DNA from: Girardia tigrina
Lineage: Eukaryota
NCBI GenBank assembly: GCA_001938485.1
Contig: MQRK01233137.1
Span: forward strand, 1-64,000
Reading direction: 5' to 3'
Length of the DNA: 64,000 bases
Shown: positions 23,538 through 36,799 of the stretch, piece after piece
Position numbering within the stretch: position 1 is the stretch's first letter
Layout of the letters: every line of letters starts with the position of its first letter
Program-made: the position numbers and the translations under genes
The notes under the pieces: generated by a model
The model's database searches: none
Seen by the model: the letters and a program-made list of their open reading frames with translations, nothing else
Told to the model about the DNA's origin: nothing

Positions 23538-24370
23538 CAAAGTAAAATCTATATGCAAGGGATGAAAAAAGGCAACGCGTTTAGAGAAAACAATGCCATC
23601 ATCAGGTCAATTCACACCATATACCAAACTAGCACATTATACGGAAACAAATAATAATTTAAAACATTTTACCAATAAATTATTGGATTTAAATAATTTC
23701 ATTGTTATGAGATTGTTTTCTCGAAACTCGCCGTCTTATTTTTATCCCTTGTATATAGATTTCACTTTGCGATGTTTATATTTTTACAATAAAATCAATA
23801 ACTTTGTGAACAATTTGGAAAGATCGAAGAAATTTGATTCATTTTCTTGCACTGATGGAATGTGTTTTTATACTGAGTGTCACCATCTTTAAATCTAGCA
23901 CACTTGAGAGAACATACTGTACTCTCAGATTGCCATTTGGTCAGACATTTCAGTCGCATTGCATCGATGAGATTTTGGATTGTTTTGGGTTTGACGTGAA
24001 GTCTAAAATTGAGTGGATTGTATTGAATGTGAGGAGTTTATCTCAAAGTACAAAACGATAGAGTAAACATATCGTTTACTCAAATGGCAATCGTTAGCTG
24101 CCAACGGTTAGTTTGCGAGAATGCAATCGATCGTGTTTAGTGTATTTTTGCTTAATTTTCTAAGATTGAAATTTCTACTCTTGAAGCAGTTTGTGTAAGT
24201 TTCGAAAATAGCATAAAAAAGCGTTATTATTTCTGTGGGTTCTCATTTCGAAAACTTTCTATCATAAACCGCTTAAAATTTTCTTTAAATCGTGTACTTT
24301 TCCATAATTAAAATAAATTATTTTAAATACATAAACATTCTAACAAGTTTAGTCGCATCGACCCACCCTG
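23536..24370. mobile_element. Tc1/mariner-type non-autonomous remnant
   Basis: Right end revcomp CAGGGTGGGTCGATGCGAC followed by TA. Left end not recognisable next to the (TA)n tract. Confidence 0.4.
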
Positions 24371-24723
24371 TATATATATTTGTTATATACTGATGATGTC
24401 CGTACAGGTAAATCAGTATGATTAAAGCAAATTTCGAACAAATGACTTATTGTTTTCTTGTATTTAAACTTATTTTATCATAATAATTATGACTCTAATT
24501 ATAATGATAATTTATTTGCAGATATTAATTTAAAATAGACATCATTGACAATATCTTAGTTCATATATACAACCATTAAAACATTTTTATATTTTCATAT
24601 AAACAACATTTTACATTTTTATATTTACAATAAAACATTTTTTGTTGTTTTGACAAGTAAATATAAAATTAATTAACATTTACTAGTTCTAAAATTTGAA
24701 ATATAAAATAAATAATAATAATA

Positions 24724-25952
24724 ATAGGTTGTAAAGTATGAAATTCGTAGGAATGATTACAATAAATTTATATAGTTATAATTTGACAATGACTGAACAT
24801 TGTCTTCCTCAGATTTTTTGTTAGATTGATACATATTTTGGCTATTGAACAAATCAATAAAGATTTATTTAAATTATTGATAACTTGATTTAATAATCAG
24901 TATATCTAAAATGAAAAATGTCGAAATTCGAACTATTGTGAAGTACGAGTTCTACGCGGAACCTCAGCATCAGAAACCGTAGAAAACATCAATATTGTAT
25001 TCGGATACAATGCTATAATACACAGCAGATAGTCTCAAATTGGTTCAGGAAATTCGTGAAAGGTAGTTTTAAATTCAATAATGAGTCTTGGGTTCGCCCA
25101 GGAATTTATTTGGATAATAATAATAATCAAAAAGTATTCATGATTTAGCGCTAACGTTTGCTGTTACAAAACAAACAATATGGAATCACTGGCTCAAACA
25201 GGTAAAAAGAAAAAGTTGGATAAGTAGATTTCACATGAGTGGAATGAAAAGCAGAAACAATAACGTTTGGATGCTTGCTTGATGATGTCATCTCGTTATA
25301 AATGTGATGACTTTTTGAATCGAATCATCACTTGTGATGAAAAATGAATCCAATATGATAATTATAAACGTTGAACAAGCTGGGTGAACACGAAGGAAGC
25401 ACCAAAACACAGTCAAAAGCCCAAAAGAAGTTGATGATAAGTGTTTCTAGGTCTGTCGTAGGTGTAATCGATTATTACTTCGAGAAACCTAGTTTTTTGA
25501 TCACAGAAGATGTATACTGTAACTACTATTCGGACGATATGATGCTGAAACTCAAAGAAAAACATACGCGTTTGATAAACAGGTCGACTCCTATCTTGAT
25601 CCACGACAATGAAAAAACACATACTGCACTTAAGACCGTAAACAAAACTACAGGAACTTGAGTTTGATCTTCTGCATCATCATCCATACTCACTAGATCT
25701 AGGTCTAACTGACTATAATTTCGTCCATAATTTGCAAAACGTTTTTATCGGAAAAAATTTAATTCTGAAGATGCCGTAAAAATGGCCTTCCAGGAATTTA
25801 TAGATTCTCGGCCTCAACAAGCTACCACAGAAATGACATAAGTGCGTCGATAATATGGGTGCATATTTTGATGAATGACATAAATATTTGTATTGGTAAA
25901 TTATCAATAAACATTTACTTTATTTCTACAAATTTCATACTTAACGACCTAA
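24724..25952 (+). mobile_element. mariner element, cecropia-subfamily-like, degenerate
   Basis: TIRs (A/T)TAGGT(T/C)GT(A/T)AAGTATGAAATT with TA flanks. ATG at 24911 gives MKNVEIRTIVKYEF; TCDEK, HDN and YSLDLGLTDY remnants with many stops. Confidence 0.92.
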
Positions 25953-27149
25953 TAATAATAAAATATAATACTAAATAATAATAATAATATTTAAATGGGA
26001 AATGCAGCACTAGAATGAATATATATATTTGAAAAAAAGTAATGTACTTTAAAATTTGTTTTATATAAGGCTCTTAATGTGTTTCATAAAGTGATTGAGT
26101 ATAAATTTCCATAAATCCTTTCTTCATGGTTGATCAATGAATGACATTTTCAAGACAAAGAACTGATATGATCAATGGGTTTTCTCAGCAGATATCAGTA
26201 GTGAGTACTGCCTTTGGGTGGCAGTTACCTGGACTCAGGAAAATTAGATGCAATAAAGCTTTTGTTTACCTCGTAATCTGTAAACAATCTGTTTGCTTTT
26301 TATGAAAAAAATTAATCGATTGACAGGGAAGAATTCAATTTACATTGAATTTCATTCACTTTTTAATTCAACATTGCACTGCAAAATGAATACGAAACTT
26401 ATGTACTTTTATTTGAAATGTTAAATTATAAACGAAAATTCAACTGACTTCGTATCAAAAAAATAAATCTTTCGGTTGTCCTTTTAAACAAAAAATATCT
26501 CCTCGATAAAAATGTCTCAATAAAAATAAATAATAAAAATTTCCTGTAATATAAAAATGATTTGTCTTCAAATGTAAAGAAATATCAGAAATCTTATATA
26601 AAATATTGTCTGTTTGTTTGGTAGCACATCAATTAAAGACGATATGATCAAATGCGACCAAATTTTCCACAAACCTTATTCGTACATAGGGGTAGGTTTA
26701 AATCAACTCTTTCGAAATGACATGAATATTCCACAGTAAAAAACTCCGAGTTTTCCATTCGACCAATCAGAATACAGTATTTTTAAAATTTTGACAAATT
26801 ATTTTGGATATAACAAAATGGAACAAAAGATGATTTTTTAGACCCTAATGTGAATTTGACTTTCGTTTACCACTTATATAGCCATATTCATTCGTGAAAA
26901 AGTCTGAATAAGCTGATCAAACAACTGATTATATTGTAAATAAAAATGTAGAAAACTTTTGAAAATCTTTCGTAAAAAGCCGCCTGATCTCTAAAATTGT
27001 AGTATCAAAAACATGGATTACTTAATATTTGAGTCCATTGGATCCATGGATTAAATTAAAAAATAAATAAGCTAATTTTTTACTAAATAAATTTATTTAT
27101 AGAAAAAGTAAGTCATTATAGAACATGTCATTTTGTTTTAACGTGTTAA

Positions 27150-29068
27150 CAGTGGCATAGCATGGGGGGGGGCGAATCGCCCCGGGTGGCACGATTGTTG
27201 GGGGTGGCATTTGTGAATGTGAATGAAGGTGTTCTATTGAAATTCATCCAAAGGACTTCATCGTCCACAAACAGTGACGGATACGGAGGACGACAATCTG
27301 CAGAGACTCGAGTTGTCAATACTGCTAGTGCGGAAGGCGAAGGTGGCATTGAAAGCGTAGAAGCGACGGAAAGTGTCATTGATGCAGAAGTTTGTGTGTG
27401 TGTGAAATCGAAACACAAGAAAGGCAACAACTAATCACTCAGAAAACAGACTTTGTAACTGATTTTACTGAAATTGGTCTTTGGCTATCTTTAAGATTAA
27501 CCATGAAATTCTGATTATGCTTGTTCGACCTGGATATACTTCTGTGCAGCACTTCATTGTGAATTCAAAGAAGTACCGCGATCAGGAACGAAAACAAAAG
27601 ATGACACTAGGAAGTTAACCAAAGAATGGTTTTTTCATGATCTGCGGAACGGAGAAAAAAGTATGAGAACATGATTTGTGTATATTCCATCAAAGGAGAC
27701 ACTGTTCTGATTTTGTTGCAGACTCTTTTCAGTTTGGTTGTCTGGTTTTTCGGCTGAAGAAGGCTTTAAGAACAGGTGGGAATTAAATTAAATTACATTG
27801 GACCAGTGGTTCTCTTTCGCTTGGGTGTCTTGATTCATGAGACTAATCTAAGTATCAAGCGGCTTGTGGAAACTAGATGGAGCACTCGAGCTGATGCTGT
27901 AAATGTGTTGGTGAAAAAATCATCACAAGTCGTGACTGCTCTGGAGAAGCTCACCAATGAAGGAGAATAATTGATGAGAAGATCAGATGCACCTTTAATT
28001 CTATCATCAGCACTGTCATTTCAGTTTCTGTCGCTTCTGACCCTTTGGAATTCTGTTCTACTAGAGGTAAATGATGCGCAGAAGTATCTTCAAAGAAAAG
28101 ACTGGATCTGCATCAAAGTTCTGTCAAGCGCATAGTACTGAGAGATTACATTTTTAAGAATAAAGAAAAGATGGTGGACAGTGCAATGAACGAATCCAAG
28201 AAGCTCTATTTTGAAATTGGAATAAGCATGGAGCGTCGAATTCGCAAAAAGAATAGAATAGATGGTGAGGTATCGACTATTGTAGTGATGGCATTTGATG
28301 TTGAGCTGAGACAGGAAATGTTGTCTGTCGTAGACAGGTTGATTTACGAAATATATTCAAGATTTCAACAAGTTCATGATCTTGCAAACAAAGAAGGTGT
28401 CATCAAATCTCTTTGGTAATAATTATTATTGCCAACTTGGCGAAATAGAAGACGAGGTGGAGAAATAGACATTCTTAGCCGAAAGAAGACTGCGGTATTT
28501 TGTCCCAGCTTCAGGAAACGACAAAATCGACGGACCTTTAGAACTTATGAGCTTCATACAGAGATATCACTTTGGGAACTCCATCCCTAATATTGTGATC
28601 TTGCTGCGTATCTTTCTTATCCGAGATATTAGTGTTACCAGCTGCAAACACTCGTTTTCCAAACTAAAGCTCATAAAAATTATCTTCGATCTACAATAAG
28701 TCAATTACAGACTTGGTAGTCCTCTCGATGGAGACGGAGCTTGCTTCTGAACTGAATTTTAATACTGTTATCAATAAAATTGCAGAAATGAAAGTGTAAA
28801 AAGTTCGCTTGTATATTGTAAATAAAATCATAAATTTTGAAATGACTTAGTTACTTGGTAATTTTTAGTATAAAAATAAGAGTATTGAAAGAAAAATATG
28901 AAATTCAAGTAAATTAAGGGATTTTGAGACTAACAATAACAGAACTCTATTTAATTTTTAGCAGACAGTAATTGAGAGTTTCGAATAATGGGTTAATGTT
29001 AGGTTTAGGGTTAGGGGGAGGCAAATCTTAGGACCGCCCGGGTGCCAATAACAGTTGCTACACCTCTG
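27150..29068 (+). mobile_element. hAT element (Tip100/ZMYM1-like transposase), internally deleted
   Basis: Imperfect TIRs CAGTGGCATAGC / CAGAGGTGTAGC with subterminal gcccgggtg at both ends. TTF zinc-finger remnant, ETRWS and SFSKLKLIK(NYLRST) dimerization motif. Confidence 0.88.
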
Positions 29069-31525
29069 AAAATTTATGATCGTATAGGAGGAAAACGACT
29101 ATCATATTCGTGTTTATTGGGTTCGAATTCAGAATTCAAGTTTATGACTCAAAATTTTATTTCTAGCACATTAACGATTTTTCAAACAAATATTTTTGAG
29201 GAACTTCAGCACTTTATTTTCTTTACACAAACCATTATAAATAAAAATAAATATAAATTCTGATATAGTTATTTTATTAATTACGAATTTTAATTTTATA
29301 ATCGTCTTTAAAATTATAAATGTCTCTTATTAAAATTTTGTCACAAAGATTTTATTTCATCTTTTATTAAATTTTATTTTATTTTACATTTTCATTTTAA
29401 CATAATTACCTTTTTAATTAACATTGTAACGTAGATTTTCATTTCAATAAAATTACATTTTCAATTTAAAAATAAAAATTACATTTCCATTTTTTTCAAT
29501 TTAACATTTTTTGAATGAAAGTTATATTTTCATTTTGTCTCCAAACAATTATATTTTAATTTTAAAATTTATAAATTCATATGATATTCCATTTGTTTTA
29601 TATTTAGATAAAAGTTACAAAATAATTGTTTAGTTTATTATCATTTCAAATATTAAATATTACGTTTTATATAGAATTAAAAATTTATTTTATTAATAAA
29701 TTTATTTATGGATTTTGTGTTAATATTTAAAAATCTACCTTAAAATTTATTGTTATATGAATTAATTTTTTACGCTATTTTATGAAAATCTTATTTTAAC
29801 ATAATCTATGGATCTACTTTTTGTAATGTTATTATTTCATTATTAAATTGATTAGATTTTAAATTCAAAAATTTTATGAATTCACCAAAGCTCCCAACAG
29901 TGTTCATCATCGATATTTGGATATTGTGGAGGTAAAGACTTCCTTGTCTAAATTTGAGTGCAGGGTAGTAATTTTGAAAATAATTTAGCTGAAAAGTAAT
30001 ATTTCCATTTTTACATAAAAACTTACAATTTTCAGAATTAATTATTACAAAATTAATAAAATAAAATCGATATGGAAAGTAGTCTTTTTTTTTGTTCTGA
30101 TTGTCAATAAATCTCACATTTAAATGAAAATATTTTTGATTATTTATAATAAATATACATAAAATTTCCAAACATGTAATAAGGAATATATTGAAGGAAA
30201 TACAAAGCAATAAAATAACCATAGATAACACTCAATGTTGCACAATTCATAAAGGAGACAGACAAAAATTCATTATTATTATAAGAGATTATTATTTGTG
30301 AAAAATGATGAGATAATTAAAATGAATTCTGTCAACTGAAAATTAGCAATAAAATAAATAAATAAATAAATGATAGGTGGCTATAAATATGGAGTTAATG
30401 ATAGTTTTTGTCTCTCGGTGAAGAATTATTTCTGCAAATTAATAAAAAATAATATTATGATTAAAAAGGGATTTTACGAAGGTCAAACCTTTGATATTTG
30501 TTACTTTTGTGTATCACTTTCTTAATAATTATTATATTAATGTTAAAATGTCTAAATAATTATTGTTAAACAAAACTTGAAAACCAAGATCAAATACATT
30601 TCCTTTAGATATTGACTCCCTACTTGTTTACATTATATTAAAACCATATATAATTACATTTGAATTTGAAAACCATAATTTAGCAGCAAATATTTTAATT
30701 GTTTTAAGTCTGAAAACATTTGTGAACAGTAATTTCAACTCATAAAATTATCACAAGTCCGTTCCAATCTTTCCTTTTATAGCAGCTTTAATAAAAATCG
30801 AAACAATCTATGGCTACTAACCGTACTTTTTAAAGAGTACTTGTACCCTATTTGAGCTGTGTACTTTTTTAATCTTTACTTTTTTCATTTCGATTCTTTT
30901 TAATTTACATTTTCAATTTTGAAGTACAAGTGTCATACGCTTTAGAATTGCTTCGAAGACTTTGATATGATTAGTTTGTTTCAAATTCTAGTCTTTGGAC
31001 AAAAAAATCAATCACAATGTTTATTCTACTCTCTCAGTATAGTCTATACTTACAGCCAGTTTTAAAAGGGAGTAAACATAAAATATTTTTCACTTCAATA
31101 AAGCATTTTGATCGCTTACAGTTTTATTCAAATTATTTACTGAATAAAGGGTCGTTTTCAGAAATTCGGGGAACAGCAAAATATCCATTTAAATAAAGTA
31201 GAATTATATTATTGAATGAATTCTTAAGTAAAATTGAAGTTTCTATCATATGGACTTTTTTTCAATTTAATCGATTCGGAGTCGATATTTCGGGTCTGGG
31301 TAGTAGATGACCAACTTATTAAGAGGGCATTTTTGTATGTTTCGGTGCATGTCCAAGTGTCGTAGCACAAATATTGGAAATATCGGAAATATGGAAATTC
31401 CTCATTTTTAGATATAACTGAATTAAGTATAATTATTAATAAATAAAAAAAGTATTTATACCGAAAAATATCCAAAAATTCAATGGTTATGATAAATAGA
31501 AAAAAAACACCAATTTTAAACATCT

Positions 31526-31913
31526 TATTAAGAACATTAATTGAGTTTCCTTTATATTTATTATTATCACAATTTGAATTGCCACTAGAACAATTCTCCG
31601 TAAAACATGCGTAGCTCGTCATCGTTCTTGATTGATAATCTTTAATAATATTCTTTAACATCTTATTATTCAAAGAAATTTAAATTACAATTTAATTATT
31701 ACAACAATAATTTTTATTTATTTTAAGAAAATTATTATTTATGAAATATTAGTTTAATTTTAAAGTGATTATTTAAATTTTAATAATTGATTAAACAACC
31801 CGACGTTTTAAAATATTTAAGATACCAATCTTCCATCTGGGTTGGAGAAACACAATCCTAAAACAACATACCAAACAACACACAATAAACACCATTCAAA
31901 AATATTCCTCACA
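31526..31913 (-). repeat. Solo LTR of a diverged relative of the 7131-11158 family
   Basis: Starts TGTGAGGAATATT, ends AATGTTCTTAATA, shares the cccagatggaa..ttggtat box. TSD degenerate (CATCT/CAACA). Confidence 0.8.
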
Positions 31914-32619
31914 CAACACTATTTAACTTATAAACACATTTTAATTAATATCGAAAACGTTTTTTTTGCAAAAAATGACTAATGAATCATTTAGTTAGTA
32001 AATTTTTCGATTCTTTTCCCATTGGGATTATAAAACTGCACAAAAGTTTAGCTCAATCGAACTACGGGAAGTTGGTGAAAGATCGTTTGCGAAATTTGTA
32101 GCAAATGCTCAAATAATCAAAATGGTTTAGAGAGGCATGGTAATAATACATAAATAATACTTAAACGAAACTGTACCATATTTTTATGATTTTAGTATTT
32201 CGAATTGTCTCTCTGTACCCATTCCAGTTATAAACTATATAATAATAATTAATAAACGAAGGATTTAATATAAAAATGTCGCGAAATAATATTTTTTTAA
32301 TAATTCACTCACTGTCGGATTTGTTTTGATAAAGTTTGTAAAATAATTTTCTAAATGAATAATTTTTTATCTATTTTTGATAATTTCAATCAGAAAATAA
32401 TTTTAAAAATTATTTGTATAGAATTGAATTATGAATGCTTTATTTAATCTTTTAAATTGAAAAATCTAACCTTTAATTTGTTACTTTGAAATTCTTTTTC
32501 GCTTTGATATTCTGAAAGTTTTATTTAAATTTCTTGTTTAAATTTACTGATTCATAAATTTGGGTTTTTTATTTATAAAAATTATTTTCTTGCGTATTAA
32601 AATTAATTGTCTGCCTGTT

Positions 32620-33238
32620 TGGTTGCCACTGAGAACCCCTATGATGATTCGTTTCCTTTCATTCGGTGTCTCTCTCACGATAAATATAAGATCATTTGCG
32701 AAAATTTGCTTTGGCCATATTGATTTCTCCCTGGCTTCCGGAGCTCCATGTATCCTTGTTGTTATTTCCGTGTAGTATTTCCGCCATTGAACCATGTAAT
32801 AAACATTTTTTAATCTCCAAATACCTTCGGTTGTACTGGATCATTTCGTTCAGAATATGTTCGGCGACCCGTTCCAAATACACCTGCAACTCGAAAGGGA
32901 GTCAATCAATCAAGGCAGCCTTTGTTAGATCGTCAATCTTTGACGCTAACATCTTCACCTGAGACGCATATTCATCGATAGTCTCGCCCTTGTGATACTG
33001 CAAGTTTGTCAATTGACTGTACACAGAGCGTCTAGTCAGGCCAATTGAATCGTTTAAAATCTTGAAGAACTGATCGCAGCTGCTCTGCAATTTCTCGTTC
33101 GATTTCATTTATATGTTCATTGCCACCCCTGATATTAAAAAACGGAGGTAAGGGGCTAGATCGATAAACCTCTGAATCTTCACGATCGTTTCAAATTTCT
33201 TCTCCCAGATCTCGAAGCTAACGCTTCCATCGAAGAAC
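32620..33238 (-). pseudogene. gag: Second gag fragment of the short-LTR Gypsy group
   Basis: FFDGSVSFEIWEKKF...GETIDEYASQV is alignable by eye with the gag at 34000-35278. Confidence 0.75.
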
Positions 33239-34410
33239 CACTGTAAACATCGATATATTTGTTCAATTCCCTGAAATCGAACACAGGTCTTATCTTATCC
33301 TTATTCAACTGGGTTATACCATAAATGGGGATCGACCCCACTGACGCGCCCATTTTTTCGTAGTCATACTTTATTAAGTATCCTTTTTCCATCCATTTAT
33401 TTAAAATATTCATCGTCGATTTGTCCTTTGGTTTTGACTCATTCAATACAGTTTTTCTCCACGGTTACTGATCGGGGATATCCGATTTCCAATCCCAAGA
33501 AACTGTCCACACTTTGTCAAAACAAATTCTGAAATTATGTTTCTTCGTGCCACCCTCTACAGTAATTCTAGTCCCAGACAACTCGACACTTGGACCCGAA
33601 GTACAAACATTTACTAGATCGGAACTCACCCCAAACTTTACACTTCCATTATGAAACACCATTCCTCCTAATTTCGCAATGACATCAACACCCAACAATA
33701 AATATAAAATTTCCGGCAACGTATTCATTACAATACAATTTTCGATTACCTCTTTATCATCCACGTTGATCCTTGCTGTATATATACACACAAACACCCG
33801 AGACCCATTAGCCAGAGTAACTTGTTCTCGATTCCGCTGCATCAATGGTCCTTCCACATTACATCTTTTCACGACCGATTGCGAACACCCGGTATCCACT
33901 AATGCTCTGCAGTTTTTTTCCATTGACGATACATCGAATAACTGGAAGAGCCTTTAATCCCTCGAGAAGCCGCTGACGCTGACGACACCTCGCTCACGTT
34001 TTCCGCCCGACAGAATCTAGCAATGTGTCCCTTCCTTTGACATCTAAAACATATAATTTTACTCTTGGAAGGACTTTTAGGAAGATCCTCTTCCGTCTTT
34101 TGAACGCTCTTTTCGTCAGCTTCATACGGTTTTTTAACACTCTGATCCGCGCTAACGCCGCTACGACTACATCCTTCCAGTCTATTTATTCCCCTCGATC
34201 GTATAAACTCACCATTGAAGTATGAGTTGTGTTTTCTGCAATACTAATATACGTCCGGCTGACTTCCACTTTTTCACTCCATTCTCGGACTCCTCGTTTC
34301 TCGATTTCCAAAGCGATTTCCGCTGGTAATCCGGCTAAAAATGCAGCGATTTCTAGATTGTCAACCGTTTTTGCCAATTTCGACACTTCCGCAGTGTACT
34401 CATCAATAAT

Positions 34411-34987
34411 ACTTATGAGGGGTTAATTTAAATTTTTATCTCACCTGAATAATTTATTATTTCTTATTTTAAAGGGTAAAATATTTTAATATTAATATGC
34501 TTATTCAATATTTTAAAATTAAAAATGATATAATAAAACAACTATTAAAAAATCAAAAAAGTTTTTAAAAATAAAATATTTTTTAATGTGTTTTTAAATA
34601 TTTTAAAAAANNNNNNNNNNNNNNNNNNNNNNNNNNNNNNNNNNNNNNNNNNNNNNNNNNATGTATCTATTAAATATCTTAAAATTAAAAATGTTAAGAA
34701 AACTATAAAATTTTAAATATTTATTTATAAATAAAAATATTTTTAATAAGCAATTTTAAATAAATTTTGAAAATAAATTATAAATAATTTTTGAAATAAA
34801 TTTTTGAAATAAATTTTCAGGATTTTAAAAATTGAATTGAAAAGAATTTAATAGATTAATCTGTGGCGAGATAATTAAATTAACAGGAAAATTTGTTTTA
34901 AACATGTGAATTTTTATAGAAATAAATTTTGGTGTTAAAAATTGAACTCGAATAGCGACGTTGCAACCACCTCTCACAGTACTAAAA
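34411..34987. mobile_element. Unclassified AT-rich non-autonomous element inserted in gag (copy 1)
   Basis: Collinear with 50585-52447 (acttatga.gggttaa...ttgcaac.ac.tctcaca.tactaaa). TCAATAAT occurs on both sides of this copy. Confidence 0.8.
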
Positions 34988-35279
34988 TCAATAATTAATA
35001 ATACATTTAATACACTGTAATTTACGATAAGCCCCTCGTGGTTTCACACCAAACACTGCATTCAATACTCGAAAAACTTCAATATTCGCTTGTTGCTTCT
35101 CTGACATCTCCATATATATATTGAGGGTCGATCCACTCAACACGAAGGGCATCAATACAAATACATCCTTTATCTGCTGCATCGACGTCAATAAAACGAA
35201 CTGCTTCTTCCACAGTTCTCACGATTGATTCCCATTGAATTTCTCAAGACAATCGAAGATCAATTTCATGTTCGACATA

Positions 35280-35291
35280 GCCCGGATAGCT
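35280..35291 (-). promoter_or_regulatory. Atypical PBS complementary to nt 1-12 of tRNA-Lys(UUU)
   Basis: Plus strand reads GCCCGGATAGCT, the 5' end of metazoan tRNA-Lys(UUU). It lies between the LTR-terminal ACA and the gag ATG. Confidence 0.75.
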
Positions 35292-35449
35292 TGTTGTAGA
35301 GAATGACAATGAATAACAAGTTCCTAAATTGTATTAAATAGAAAGAAACGCGTTTTTCGCAATAAACGGAATATTCAAACAAAATATAAAAATCGAATTA
35401 ACAAAATTATTATTTTCGATTATCATCTCATCCCACACAAATTTAAAAA

Positions 35450-35630
35450 TAAAATTAATAAAATCATTTAAAATTTCCAACCATAAAAAATTAAAAATAT
35501 GAAAATTAAATCTAAATTTGAATAAATTAGTTTCAGATTATAAGAATTAAAATATTAATCATTCATCTGATTAAGAGAGACACAATCCCTAATCAACACA
35601 CAAACATCAACATTCCAAATATTCATCACA
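35450..35630 (-). repeat. Partial LTR related to the TGTGAGGAAT family
   Basis: Starts TGTGATGAATATTTGGAATG and resembles the U3 of 31526-31913. Confidence 0.6.
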
Positions 35631-35715
35631 ATTTTGAATATTGGAAGACATTTATAATTTATTTATTTATAATTTTGTTGTATTAAATTACGTTGATTTT
35701 TATTTATATGACACT

Positions 35716-36249
35716 TGTGAGGAATATTTAAAATTGTTTGAATGTGTGAATTTATTGATGCTGTATGTTGATTTGAGTATGCTGAACTTAGAATGGTGAT
35801 TGTCCCACACAGATGGAAACTGGTATTTTTTAAATTTAAAGTGATTGACTCGATTGATTCGAACATAATTAAAATAATAAGTTTTTATTATTTTTAAATT
35901 AACAATTTAATTTAAGTTTAATATTTTTTAAGAATAGAAAAGCATTTAATTAACTTTAAATAAATTTAATAAGATTTAAATTAATGTCATTTTAATAATT
36001 TGATAACATTTTTATAATTTTGAGTTTTTATTTAGAAATGATTTAAATTATTATTTTTAATTAATATTTTTAAAAATTATGTATTTTTAAAAGATTTAGA
36101 AAGATTGTTCGAATAATCATGATTAAAGACAGAAATAATGAAACCAATTAGAGCTATGTCAAACGATGAAAGATCTTCGGAGAGTTGTAACGATTCTAAA
36201 TGTTGTAGTAATAAAAATTCAAATGAGAATTGTCTAAATGTTCTTAATA
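35716..36249 (+). repeat. Solo LTR of the 7131-11158 family
   Basis: TGTGAGGAAT...CTTAATA with perfect 5-bp TSD ACACT (35711-35715 and 36250-36254). Confidence 0.95.
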
Positions 36250-36799
36250 ACACTTAAATAATTAAAAATTTTCAATACTTCTTGTTTATTGTTTCATTAT
36301 ATGAAAGCTATTTATTTTATTTAATAATTTTGTATTAATGTTAGAAAAGTCATAAATCATTTTATTTTGTCACTTAATATTTATTATTTATTTTCTGACT
36401 TATTCAAATTATTAAGATAATATATTAAATAGCTTATTTTTCTTCATTATTTTGGATTAAAAAAAGATTGAAACGATTAATTTTTTTCGTAATATTTCCA
36501 TTTTATTAAACTTCAACAATTCATTTTTGTTCAATAATTTATTATTAAAATAACAATTAAATGTTATAAGTTTTATGAATCTATATATATATATATTATA
36601 TACTATTTTATTTTTGAGATTATTTAATTTCAATTATTTTGAATTAAATTTATTAAATATTGAATATTATTATAATTCTTTTCCGTTTATGTATTAACAT
36701 ATCCGAAAACCACAAAAAATCTAAATTTAACACTTTTTGAGGCATTAACAAAAATGCTTTCAAATAAAAGAAGAAAAAGAAAAGAGATTAAAAAAATAT

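Larger units (their letters stand above)
33239..35439 (-). mobile_element. Ty3/Gypsy element with ~148 bp 5' LTR, gag, protease and RT N-terminus, 3' truncated
   Basis: LTR TGT...CTACAACA at 35292-35439 and gag ATG at 35278. Knuckle CFRCQRKGHIARFC, GGAAAAC slippery-like site, LVDTGCS, and KIRPVFDFRELN. Confidence 0.88.

Noticed and set aside
24387-24419. CTGATGA hammerhead start
   Set aside because: No GAAA or complete stem II; at most a deleted remnant.
29880-30440. Possible host exons on the minus strand
   Set aside because: Short open segments with plausible splice sites could not be joined into a consistent frame or a recognisable protein.
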